A stretch of DNA of 32,000 nucleotides from Horticoccus luteus (GCF_019464535.1 NZ_CP080507.1:3870001-3902000); one strand, 5' to 3'; positions 1 through 8,470 are shown, numbered from the stretch's first letter. Notes: generated from the sequence alone by a model not told the origin. Numbers and translations are program-made.

Positions 1-226
1 CGCCCCAGGCTTCGTCGATACGCCCATGAGCCGCGCCACCGGCATCAACGAACTGGAGACCGATTGGTTTCGCCAAAACTACCTCGCCAGCGGCCGCATC
101 CCGCTGCGCCGCGCTGCGCAACCCGACGAAATGGTCGCCCCCGTCCTCTTTCTCGCCAGCAAGGAAAACACCTACGTCACCGGCCAGACGATCATCGCCG
201 ACGGCGGCCTCTCCCTCACGCTCTAG
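1..226 (+). CDS. short-chain dehydrogenase/reductase (SDR) family oxidoreductase, C-terminal fragment (5' end lies outside the window)
   Basis: The frame is open from base 2. The C-terminal peptide ...PGFVDTPM...RRAAQPDEMVAPVLFLASKENTYVTGQTIIADGGLSL is the typical SDR tail (FLAS....YVTGQ.I..DGG). Stop codon TAG at 224-226. Confidence 0.8.
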   Translation, partial: APGFVDTPMSRATGINELETDWFRQNYLASGRIPLRRAAQPDEMVAPVLFLASKENTYVTGQTIIADGGLSLTL

Positions 227-342
227 CCCGCAAAGTCTCCTCCGGGAAAACCGTTCTCCCCTTTCTTTTTCTTTCTCCTTCGTCCGTTCCGTTTCGTTCC
301 TTCCTAGCGCTCGTTAGCGGTTAACCGAAACCTCTCCTTCCT

Positions 343-1053
343 ATGAACATCATCTTTTTCGGGGCTCACCCCGACGACCTCGAAATCCTTTGCGCCGGCA
401 CCATCGCCGCCTGCGTCGCCCGCGGCCACACCGTTTGGATGGCCGTCGCCACCAACGGCAATGTCGGCAGCCCCACGCTCACCAACGCCGAGATCGCCGC
501 CACCCGCCACGCCGAAGCCGAAGCCGCCGCCAAAACCCTCGGCGCCGCCGGCCTCATCTGGATGAATGAGAACGACGAGTTTCTCTTCGACGACGAACGC
601 ACCCGCCTGAAATTCGTCGACGCCGTGCGCCAGGCAAAGGCCGACGTGATCGTCACGCATAACCCCAACGACTATCACCCCGACCACATCGCGTGCTCCA
701 AACTCGCCTCCGATGCGCGCATCCTTTCCGCCGTGCGCCTCATCCCGACCGCGCATCCGCATCTCGCGAAATCTCCCGAACTGTTCCACATGGATTCGAT
801 TGCCGGCCTCCGGTTCGAACCCCAGTTCTTCGTCGACGTGTCGCCCCACTTCGAGCTGAAGCAGCGCGCCGTGCAGTGCCACCACAGCCAGAACGCCTGG
901 CTGAAGGCCATCTTCAACACCGACCTCTCGCACCACGTGCAAGTGCAGTCCGCTTTCCGCGGCTTGCAGTGCGGCGTCGCCTACGCCGAAGCATTCGTGC
1001 AACCGGTCTACTGGCCCCGCACCGCCATCTCGCTGCCGTTTCTGACCCGCTGA
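343..1053 (+). CDS. PIG-L / LmbE family N-acetylglucosaminyl deacetylase
   Basis: 236 aa. The N-terminal FFGAHPDDLEI motif and the downstream NPNDYHPDHIA motif are the two His/Asp zinc-binding motifs of the PIG-L family. The antisense ORF 304..1002 is low-complexity. Confidence 0.85.
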   Translation: MNIIFFGAHPDDLEILCAGTIAACVARGHTVWMAVATNGNVGSPTLTNAEIAATRHAEAEAAAKTLGAAGLIWMNENDEFLFDDERTRLKFVDAVRQAKADVIVTHNPNDYHPDHIACSKLASDARILSAVRLIPTAHPHLAKSPELFHMDSIAGLRFEPQFFVDVSPHFELKQRAVQCHHSQNAWLKAIFNTDLSHHVQVQSAFRGLQCGVAYAEAFVQPVYWPRTAISLPFLTR

Positions 1054-1137
1054 TTTCTCCGCGCCGTTAAATTCCCGCGGTAAGGACGCCGCTCGCCGGC
1101 GTCCGTCTTACCGCTCAATTCCAGCCCTCGCGCGGGT

Positions 1138-1920
1138 CTACTCCGCCAGCACTTTCTTCGCCGCCTCCTGCAACGCCGCCGCCATCGCGTTGTAAGGAAA
1201 CGGCCCGTGACTGATGCGCGCGACGCCCAACTGCGCCAGCTCCGCCTTCGACGGCGCTCCCGGTTTCGCCAAGATATTCACCGGCCGCGGTGCGCGGGCG
1301 CACACCACGCCGATCAAGCGCGGATCGACCAACCCCGGATAGAACAACCCGTCGGCACCCGCCGCCGCATACGCTTCGCCCCGCTGCAGCGCTTCTGCCA
1401 CCAGCGCGTCGTTGTGCGCCTCCGGCGGATTCTTCAGAAACAAATCAATCCGTGCATTGAGAAACGCGCGCACCCCCGCCGCATCCGCCCCGGCCCGCGC
1501 CGCGCGCACCCGCGCCGACTGTTCCTCGATCGAATACAGCCCCGTGCCGCCCACGATCTGGTCTTCAAAATTGATGCCCACGGCGCCCGCGCCGACGACG
1601 CGCGCCACATTCTCCTGCACCGTTTCCGCGGCGCGTCCGTAGCCGCCTTCAAAGTCCAGCGTCACCGGCACATCCACCGACGCCACGATCCGCTTCAAAA
1701 GCGTTACGACCAACTCCAACGGCACCTTCTCGCCGTCCTCAAACCCTTGCGCGGCGGCCACTGACCTGCTCCCCGTCGCAATCGCTTTCGCTCCCGCGGC
1801 CCGCACCGCTTTGGCGGAACCGGCATCCCAGATATTGTAGAGCACGACGGGATTTCCCTTCACATGAAGTGCGGAAAAGGCCCGCGCGTGAACCGCCTGT
1901 TCGGAATCTTGATGTGCCAT
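1138..1920 (-). CDS. isocitrate lyase / phosphoenolpyruvate mutase family protein (methylisocitrate-lyase or carboxyvinyl-carboxyphosphonate phosphorylmutase-like)
   Basis: Family-like sequence begins at MAHQDSEQAVHARAFSALHVKGNPVVLYNIWDAGSAKAV...ATGSRSVAAAQGFEDGE. The ATG is at 1920 on the minus strand. The 58 aa upstream in the track ORF are Arg/Ala-rich and look non-coding. Confidence 0.85.
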   Translation of the reverse strand: MAHQDSEQAVHARAFSALHVKGNPVVLYNIWDAGSAKAVRAAGAKAIATGSRSVAAAQGFEDGEKVPLELVVTLLKRIVASVDVPVTLDFEGGYGRAAETVQENVARVVGAGAVGINFEDQIVGGTGLYSIEEQSARVRAARAGADAAGVRAFLNARIDLFLKNPPEAHNDALVAEALQRGEAYAAAGADGLFYPGLVDPRLIGVVCARAPRPVNILAKPGAPSKAELAQLGVARISHGPFPYNAMAAALQEAAKKVLAE

Positions 1921-2244
1921 GTTCGCATCGTTGGACACCGCAGCGCGCAGCGCAACTCCGCGGCGCCTGATCGAGGCTCGTGTCACAGGCTGACAAGGTG
2001 GGCTCCGCGCTCCGCGTGGGGCTCGGGCGCGACGTCGCCCCACAAACGACCGCGCGCCGAGAGCCCAACCCACCTCAGCGGCGCGGCAATGCAATCTGCG
2101 AGCGTCGATAGATTACGTTCCTCGGACGTCGCCTCGATGCACCGCCGGCTCATGGCGGGATCCTCCTCGAATCGCCCGCCGCGGGGTCGGCAAAAGATTG
2201 GCCACGCCCGCCCGCAGCGCTCACGTTTCGCGCCACTCCCGCGT

Positions 2245-3243
2245 ATGCATCCCTCCCACGCTTCTTCGCCTTCCGAACACCCCCACGCCCGCGATCGCTC
2301 GTCCGCGCTCGCCCATCACGCGATTGATGGCTTCCCCGCCGTCACGCTGCGCAACGCATCCATCGCCACCACGATCGTGCCTGCCCTCGGCGCGCGGATG
2401 ATCTCGCTCCACGCCACGACTCCCGGCGCCCGCGAATGGATGTGGGCTCCCCCCGATCACCGCGGCCTCTTCGCCTGCGCTCCCGACACCGCCTTCGAAA
2501 ACGGCCCCGCCGCGGGTCTCGACGAATGCATCCCCACCGTCGCCCTCTGCACCATGGACGGCACGGCCATCGCCGACCATGGCGAGGTGTGGAGCCGCGC
2601 ATGGGATTACGATCCCTCCGCCGAAACCGACGCGATCACCACGCGCATCGCGCTGCGATCTTGGCCGCTGTCGTTTCAGCGCCGCGTCAGCCTCGATGGT
2701 TCGTCCGTGCATTTCGACTACACCCTCGTCAACACGGCCGACCGCGCCGTGCCCTACCTCTGGGCGTTTCATCCGCTCTTCACGCTCGGAGCGCGCGACG
2801 AAATCGAGCTCGTCGGCACCTCCGACGTTCGCGTCACCGGCTCGCTCGGGAGTCCGCTTAAAACCGGCGATCGCGGCCCTTGGCCGACGCCCCATTCCGG
2901 CGTGCGCCTCGACCTCGCCGCCCTTGGCGCGGACGGCGCTCCAGGCACTCCCGCGCAATGCAAAGCTTTCCTCGCCACCGCGCACGCCCCGCGCATCGCG
3001 CTCGTCGACCGCGCGCGCGGCCAGCGTCTCACCCTCGCCGTCGATCCCGCGCAACTGCCCGCGTGGGGCTATTGGGTGAGTCGCGGCGGCTGGCACGGCC
3101 ACACGCATGTCGCGCTCGAAGCGACCAACGCTCCCGCCGACGCCCTCACCGATCTGACGCCCGGCCCCGCCACGCACACCCTCGCATCGCGCGAAACCCG
3201 CACCTGGCGCGTCACGCTCACGCTCGACACCGTCTCGCGTTAA
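2245..3243 (+). CDS. aldose 1-epimerase / galactose-mutarotase-like family protein
   Basis: FPAVTLRN..I...IVPALGARMISL....G.EWMW ... GLDECIPTV...DHGEVWSRAW...FDYTLVN.ADRAVPYLWAFHPLF resembles the mutarotase-like beta-sandwich fold. The start is uncertain. I chose ATG 2245. In-frame ATGs at 2089, 2137 and 2152 are alternatives. Confidence 0.55.
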   Translation: MHPSHASSPSEHPHARDRSSALAHHAIDGFPAVTLRNASIATTIVPALGARMISLHATTPGAREWMWAPPDHRGLFACAPDTAFENGPAAGLDECIPTVALCTMDGTAIADHGEVWSRAWDYDPSAETDAITTRIALRSWPLSFQRRVSLDGSSVHFDYTLVNTADRAVPYLWAFHPLFTLGARDEIELVGTSDVRVTGSLGSPLKTGDRGPWPTPHSGVRLDLAALGADGAPGTPAQCKAFLATAHAPRIALVDRARGQRLTLAVDPAQLPAWGYWVSRGGWHGHTHVALEATNAPADALTDLTPGPATHTLASRETRTWRVTLTLDTVSR

Positions 3244-3520
3244 ACGAAGCGCTACGAGCTCATCGCGTCTCGCTTGTCAGGCTGCCGGCAGACCGTGCGC
3301 TCCGCACGCGGCCTTGGCGCGAGTCCTTTGACAACCAACCGCGCGGAGCGCCCGGTCCACCGGCGTCGCGTTGGATGAAATGCGGGCGCCAATCGGTCGC
3401 GCCAAGCGGTCGCTCGGTTCTGACGGCCGGTGAACCCCGCCATCATTCTCCCGCAGCTTCTGCTGGCAGCCTCCGCCTCGCGAACTCCCACGCCGAATTC
3501 CAAATTGGGCGCTATTTTCC

Positions 3521-4402
3521 TTGGTGCCGCTCTCGCTTGCGCCTACCCATTCCAGCATGCCCCCAAGTGCCTTTGAGGAAGAACGCGATCTGAGTTTTCA
3601 ACCGGCGGTCAACGCCTCCCCTCGCGCGCTCACGCAGGAGCAGATCGCGTTCTATAACGAACGCGGTTACATCAAACCGCTCGACGCTTACACGCCCGCG
3701 CAAGCCGACCAGAATCGCGCCTACTTCGACGATCTCCTCCGCAAAGTGCAGGCCGCTCGCTCCGATCTCGATTCCTATTCCATCAACGGCTTCCACCTCT
3801 GCTGCGCCGGGCTCTACGACATCGTGACGCATCCCCTGATCCTCGACCACGTGCAGGACCTGATCGGCCCGGACGTGATTTGCTGGGGCACGCACTTCTT
3901 CTGCAAACAGCCGCATGATCCGCGCAAGGTCGCGTGGCACCAGGACGCCTCCTACTGGCCCTTCACGCCCGCGCGCACCGTCACCGTCTGGCTGGCGATC
4001 GACGACGCCGATCGCGACAACGCCGCGATGATGTTCCTCCCCGACACGCACCGCCGCGGCCATTTGAAGTGGCGCTCCGTTGCGAAGGATCAAGCGGTGC
4101 TGAATCAAGAAATCGAAAACGCGAACCAGCTCGGCGAGCCTGTCTACGACGAATTGAAAGCCGGCCAGTTTTCGCTTCACGCCGACATGCTAGCGCACGG
4201 CTCCGAACCCAATCACTCCGCTCGCCGCCGCTGCGGCCTGACGATTCGCTACTGTCCTCCAACCGTGCGTGCGTTGAACCCCGGCTGGTCCAAGGGCGCG
4301 ATTCTCTGCCGTGGCTCCAGCACCGCTGACGGCTGGACGTACAACGCCCGTCCCGTGGGAGAAAATATCAACCTCCACCTCCAAGCCATCGGCGCGAACT
4401 GA
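3521..4402 (+). CDS. phytanoyl-CoA dioxygenase (PhyH) family Fe(II)/2-oxoglutarate oxygenase
   Basis: 293 aa. Family hallmarks are present: FYNERGYI, VAWHQDASYWP (the HxD iron motif), and a distal His in LHADMLAHGSEPN. An alternative start is ATG 3557. Confidence 0.85.
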   Translation: MVPLSLAPTHSSMPPSAFEEERDLSFQPAVNASPRALTQEQIAFYNERGYIKPLDAYTPAQADQNRAYFDDLLRKVQAARSDLDSYSINGFHLCCAGLYDIVTHPLILDHVQDLIGPDVICWGTHFFCKQPHDPRKVAWHQDASYWPFTPARTVTVWLAIDDADRDNAAMMFLPDTHRRGHLKWRSVAKDQAVLNQEIENANQLGEPVYDELKAGQFSLHADMLAHGSEPNHSARRRCGLTIRYCPPTVRALNPGWSKGAILCRGSSTADGWTYNARPVGENINLHLQAIGAN

Positions 4403-4466
4403 TCGCCGCGTCTGCTCCTGCCATACCGCGCTCATATTGGTTTAGGTTGAAGTGCCGCCGCTGTGG

Positions 4467-4520
4467 GCGGGGTGCCCTCACCCCGCAGTTTGCGCCTCGC
4501 GCGGGGTGACGGCACCCCGC
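4467..4520. repeat. two tandem copies of a perfect 8-bp-stem hairpin unit (GCGGGGTG-N4-CACCCCGC)
   Basis: Copy 1 at 4467-4486 is GCGGGGTG CCCT CACCCCGC. Copy 2 at 4501-4520 is GCGGGGTG ACGG CACCCCGC. The spacer is 14 nt. A third small stem, GCACA-N7-TGTGC, follows at 4521-4537. The unit lies in the convergent intergenic region between the PhyH gene and the TAXI gene. Confidence 0.7.
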
Positions 4521-4713
4521 GCACAACAATCGTGTGCTGTTCGAATCGATCAAAGCGTCGACGCCACTGGCTGCGTCCTCGTTTATTCTCATCACGTCCG
4601 CAGCCTCAAGCTAGCGGATGACGTCACCGCGTGGCTCAAAGCCCACGGCTCCGCCACGGAGTCCGCGTGGATGGACTGGACGGCGTTTCCGACGCCGCCG
4701 ACGCTGGAGACAC

Positions 4714-6099
4714 TCAAGTAACGCGCCCCGGGCCCCGTCCGGTTTGTCCGGCGCCCAGCCACGCCACGCCCTTCAGCCGCGCCCGCACGAACGCGATGTG
4801 GTGGTGTAAATCGTAGAACTGATTCGCAAACGAGGCCGGCACCTTGAGGCCGTCCACGGTGTGTTCGATGTCGTCGAGCCGGTTCAACAGCGCGCCGCGT
4901 TGTTCGTCGGTCAGCACCGCCTGCGATTCGCGTTCGAGCCGCAGCAGTGGCCGGTAGCATCGATAGATGCGCAAAAGAATCCGCCAGCGATAGACCACCG
5001 GCAGGAAACGCAACGTCGGCACCAGCACCAAAATCAGCGGCACGATCACCACGAGCAGCCGGTTCAGCAGACTGGCCAGCCAGAACGAACTGATCGTCTG
5101 ATAAAGCCAACCCTTGCCCGATTTATAAAATCTCACCGCATCATCGCTCAGAGGAAACTCCTGCGCGATCGGCGCGGGAAACTCGCCCTGCTTCTGCAAC
5201 AGCCCGGCCTTGGCGTGCACCTCTTGGGCCGTGCCCAGCAGCAGATCCGAAATCGCCGAATTGAGTCCTGCGCGGGCAATCAGCTCCACCGTCGGCCCCA
5301 CCAGCGCCACATCTTGCGCCGGCAAGTCCGTCCCCAGATCGATCGAGCCCTCGGGTAGAATGATCTTGTTCAGGTAGGCGTAGCGGCGGGTATACGCATC
5401 CGCCTGCACGAAATTAAACAACTGGACCCCCGGCGCGCGGATGAGTGTGCGCAGAATCTGCAAGGGCGCGGAATCGCCCATGAGAAACACGGCATCAAGT
5501 TTTCCCGCGAGCAGATCGGTTGCCGCCATCTCCGCCGCCTCGTCGACCAGCACCGTGCTCTTGCCCGTGATGCCATTCGCTTGGAGCAAGGCGAGCGCCA
5601 GCGCATGGGTACCGCTGCCGCTGGCATCGACCCCGATGCGTTTGCCCGCCAGCGCCGACAGCCGGGTGATCCGGGCCTCGCCGCGATAAAACACCCACAA
5701 AGGTTGATAAGCCACGCTGCCGAGCGATCGCAAACCCGCCGGTGCCTTGCCTTGGGTGAGCCCGCCTTGCACGAAACCGATATCAACGCCCGAGTCCGCA
5801 GCCGCGAGCCGTTGCAGATTGTCCAGCGAGCCGCCCGACGGGCGAATCTCCAACGTCACACCGTGTTTCGCGAGCTGCTCCTTGTAACGTTCCGCATAGC
5901 GTTGAAACGAACTGCCCGCCGGTCCGCTCGTGATCGTCAATCGCCGCGGCGGCGCCGAGAGCACGAGCCAGACGACGGCACTGGCCAGAATCGCGAGCAG
6001 GGCCACCGCCAGGCACGAGGCGATCAACGGGCTGAAACCAAACGTCTCGGTCAACGCCGCCGCAAGCGGCACCCGGGATTTCGACGGCGTAGAGGTCAT
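4714..6099 (-). CDS. TAXI-family (TRAP-associated, NMT1_3-like) substrate-binding protein with an N-terminal TM anchor and a C-terminal TM segment plus cytoplasmic tail
   Basis: The start is ATG 6099 (MTSTPSKSRV...). A hydrophobic anchor LIASCLAVALLAILASAVVWLVL comes first. The TAXI core follows: LTITSGPAGSSFQRYAERY..., RPSGGSLDNLQRL, GVDIGFVQGG, GKRIGVDASGSGTH, GKLDAVF. A second hydrophobic stretch, LLVVIVPLILVLVPTL, precedes an Arg-rich tail of about 100 aa. Confidence 0.8.
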   Translation of the reverse strand: MTSTPSKSRVPLAAALTETFGFSPLIASCLAVALLAILASAVVWLVLSAPPRRLTITSGPAGSSFQRYAERYKEQLAKHGVTLEIRPSGGSLDNLQRLAAADSGVDIGFVQGGLTQGKAPAGLRSLGSVAYQPLWVFYRGEARITRLSALAGKRIGVDASGSGTHALALALLQANGITGKSTVLVDEAAEMAATDLLAGKLDAVFLMGDSAPLQILRTLIRAPGVQLFNFVQADAYTRRYAYLNKIILPEGSIDLGTDLPAQDVALVGPTVELIARAGLNSAISDLLLGTAQEVHAKAGLLQKQGEFPAPIAQEFPLSDDAVRFYKSGKGWLYQTISSFWLASLLNRLLVVIVPLILVLVPTLRFLPVVYRWRILLRIYRCYRPLLRLERESQAVLTDEQRGALLNRLDDIEHTVDGLKVPASFANQFYDLHHHIAFVRARLKGVAWLGAGQTGRGPGRVT

Positions 6100-6234
6100 G
6101 CGCGTTGGAAGGAGCGAAGCGTTGGGCGCTCGCCGCTCCGGTGTCATGCACATTCTCGCACCGCGCCTTCCCTTATCCGTCGCCCGCCAAACGCGGCGTC
6201 GTGGGCGGCGCACCGTTTACGGCGCGACGTCGGT

Positions 6235-7299
6235 TCAATCGTCGTTGCCCAGATAGCGCCGTAACAAGACGGGCCACACGTCGCCTTGCACGGTGTTGAG
6301 GACGGCGAGATTCATCGGCTTGCGCAGCGGACTTTTGAGCGGCAGCGCGATCGCGTAATTACTCAGGTCAAACGTGGCCGGCAGCAGCGTCAACCCGTGG
6401 TGCCGGCGCAACTCGTATTTCAGGATCGCCGAATCGTAAACACATGCATCCGCCGTGCCGCTGCTCACCGCGCTCACAGCATCCGCCACGTTGTCGCTCG
6501 TCATCGGCACGACGTTGCGCGCGTGCAGGTAGCGCGCGGCGCTCGAATCCCGCACGGTGATGATCGCGAAACGCGGCAAGTCCGCCGGGCCTTTGATCTC
6601 GGTGTTGAGCCGCGTGACGGTGAGCGACGATGCAATCTGCGCCGTGAAACCGGAGATCATGATCACCCCGGTAAACATCCAAATCATCGCAATCACCCGA
6701 CCACCCACCGTCTGCGGGGCTTTGTCGCCATAGCCGACGGTCGTCATCGTGACCCCGGCCCACCAAAACGCCGCCGCCAAACCCCGCGCCGGCGAGCCGC
6801 CGAACTGATCGGCGTTGCGCTTCCGCTCGAAAAACCAGACGCCGAAGCCTGCGGCCAGCAGCACAAGTCCGAGTGCGGCGACCACTTTCAAAAAATCGAG
6901 TGAGAAGAACGCCTTCACCACCTGCCACAAGCCGCCGCTGGACGCGGGCACGACGATGCCGAGACCGGAGTTGAAAAACGGCACCGTGAAATCGACCTTC
7001 TTCGCACGCTCTTCCGTGACGGTGATGGCCGCGATCGACGCGTCGAGCGTCCCGTCTTTGATGCCATCGATGAGCGCCTCAGGCGTCGCGACTTCGCGAA
7101 ACTCATAGTCGAGCCCGAGCTGCTCCGCGGTTTGCTTCCACAAATCGATCGACAGGCCCGACCAGCCGTCTTTCGCATCTTTGATCACAAACGGCGGCGC
7201 TTCGTGTGTGCCGACCACCAGGTGCTTGCCCGCGGCCAACAGCGAGCTGCCCGCCCAAAGAGCGACCAACCCTAAACCCACGCTCAAGAAGCACCGCAT
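6235..7299 (-). CDS. GluR0-like ligand-gated potassium channel (periplasmic binding-protein type 3 fold interrupted by an M1-P-M2 pore)
   Basis: The start is ATG 7299 (MRCFLSVGLGLVALWAGSSLLAAG, a signal-like peptide). The S1 lobe has VVGTHEAPPFVIKD...ITVTEERAKKVDFTVPF. M1 is VVAALGLVLLAAGFGVWFF. The pore helix and filter are FWWAGVTMTTVGYGD, with TVGYGD encoded at 6724-6741. M2 is VIAMIWMFTGVIMISGF. The S2 lobe has ...ADACVYDSAILKYEL. Confidence 0.85.
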   Translation of the reverse strand: MRCFLSVGLGLVALWAGSSLLAAGKHLVVGTHEAPPFVIKDAKDGWSGLSIDLWKQTAEQLGLDYEFREVATPEALIDGIKDGTLDASIAAITVTEERAKKVDFTVPFFNSGLGIVVPASSGGLWQVVKAFFSLDFLKVVAALGLVLLAAGFGVWFFERKRNADQFGGSPARGLAAAFWWAGVTMTTVGYGDKAPQTVGGRVIAMIWMFTGVIMISGFTAQIASSLTVTRLNTEIKGPADLPRFAIITVRDSSAARYLHARNVVPMTSDNVADAVSAVSSGTADACVYDSAILKYELRRHHGLTLLPATFDLSNYAIALPLKSPLRKPMNLAVLNTVQGDVWPVLLRRYLGNDD

Positions 7300-7499
7300 G
7301 CCCCAATCAAGCCCGAGGTTGAGCGCGGCCCAACTCCAAACTCCCTTTTTTCCCGAGAAATTTCCCGCATCCGCTCCCTCCCGGCTCCGCCGCCATCGCG
7401 CCAACGGCGGCCGCGAACCCACGCTTTCTTTCCACTCGCCCGCGGCGACGCAGCGGCAGCACCTCATCAACGTCGCGGCGACTGCCCGCGCCGCCAGGT

Positions 7500-8336
7500 T
7501 CACCGCAGCTCTGGCGGGTCGAAAACGAAGCCGTGGAAATACCCCCGCTGCTCCGGCGTGAGCCGGTCGTTGTAGAACGCCTTGCTATAGCCCCAGTGCG
7601 CCGTCGACGCCATCATCCACGGGTGCTCGTAGGCGTAATAGAGCATCTGCCGGCCGGGCGCCCCGTCCGCATAAGGCGACGCGGTGTGCCAGATCGCGTT
7701 GTGAAATAAAATCAAGCTGCCCGCCGGCGCACAGATTTGTTTCGCGCCCGGAAAAAACTCGCGCCGCCGCCGGTCCTCCAACCCAAGTTCCGCCCGCGAG
7801 AGATGACTTCCGGGCACGAGCGTCAGATTGCCGCGAAACGGCTCCGTCATGTCCGTGAGATAATAGCCCACTTTGAGTTGCAGCAGCGGAATCGCTCCGC
7901 CGAGGTTGCGATAACCGTTGTCGCTCCCGTCGATATGCCAGCCGTCGGCGCGGTGCGCGAAATCCGCGGCGTCCTCCACAATCGCATCGGACGCGTGGTA
8001 GTGCGGCTGCGGGTTGCAGAACGCGTGAACAAAAGGCACCAGCGCCGGCCACGTGAGCAGCTCCAGAAAAAGCGGATCATCCTCCAGAATATTGAGGATG
8101 CGCGTGCTCTTCGCACCGTGCACCTGCGTGAGATCGTGCCGGTTGCGCGGCGGCCACACGGCTTTCCAACCGGCGGGCAGATCACGCCGGCGGCGCTCGA
8201 TCGCGCCGGCCAGCGCCGACCGCAGCCGCTGCACATGATCCGGCGCGAGGAAATCTTCCACGACGAGGTAGCCTTGCGTGTCGAAATGGAAGCGCTGCGT
8301 GGCCGACGGGGCGGCCGAGGCGATTGATGCAGTCAT
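7500..8336 (-). CDS. phytanoyl-CoA dioxygenase (PhyH) family Fe(II)/2-oxoglutarate oxygenase (second paralog)
   Basis: The start is ATG 8336 (MTASIASAAPSATQRFHFDTQGYLVVEDF). It has the WHIDGSD HxD motif, a distal His in LFHNAIWHTASP, and an Arg in RQMLYYAY. Confidence 0.85.
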   Translation of the reverse strand: MTASIASAAPSATQRFHFDTQGYLVVEDFLAPDHVQRLRSALAGAIERRRRDLPAGWKAVWPPRNRHDLTQVHGAKSTRILNILEDDPLFLELLTWPALVPFVHAFCNPQPHYHASDAIVEDAADFAHRADGWHIDGSDNGYRNLGGAIPLLQLKVGYYLTDMTEPFRGNLTLVPGSHLSRAELGLEDRRRREFFPGAKQICAPAGSLILFHNAIWHTASPYADGAPGRQMLYYAYEHPWMMASTAHWGYSKAFYNDRLTPEQRGYFHGFVFDPPELR

Positions 8337-8470
8337 GGGTAACGCGGGGTGCAGCTGGCGTAGCGGCCGCGTTTTACAGGGCAAAACAAAAACGGTCCCT
8401 TACCTTGCTCCAATTCACACCTTCGGCCGCCCGTGACGTCGCGTCGGTCAACGGCGCCTTGCGCGCCTCG

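Noticed and set aside
1864-2244. Long N-terminal extensions in the track ORFs: 1864-2244 for the mutarotase-like ORF, 1921-2094 for the PEP-mutase ORF, 15461-15865 for the MFS ORF, and 7300-7503 for the channel ORF
   Set aside because: The extensions overlap neighbouring genes or divergent promoter regions. They are Arg/Pro/Ala-rich. Each lies upstream of an internal Met where family-like sequence or a signal peptide begins.
304-3177. Antisense ORFs 304..1002 (232 aa) and 2221..3177 (318 aa)
   Set aside because: They lie opposite the PIG-L and mutarotase-like genes. Their translations are Gly/Arg/Ala-rich with no motifs. They are typical GC-driven shadow ORFs.
4539-4547. GTTCGAATC, a tRNA T-loop-like sequence
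   Set aside because: The flanking bases (tgctg / gatca) do not form a T-stem. No acceptor or anticodon arms can be drawn. It is not a tRNA.
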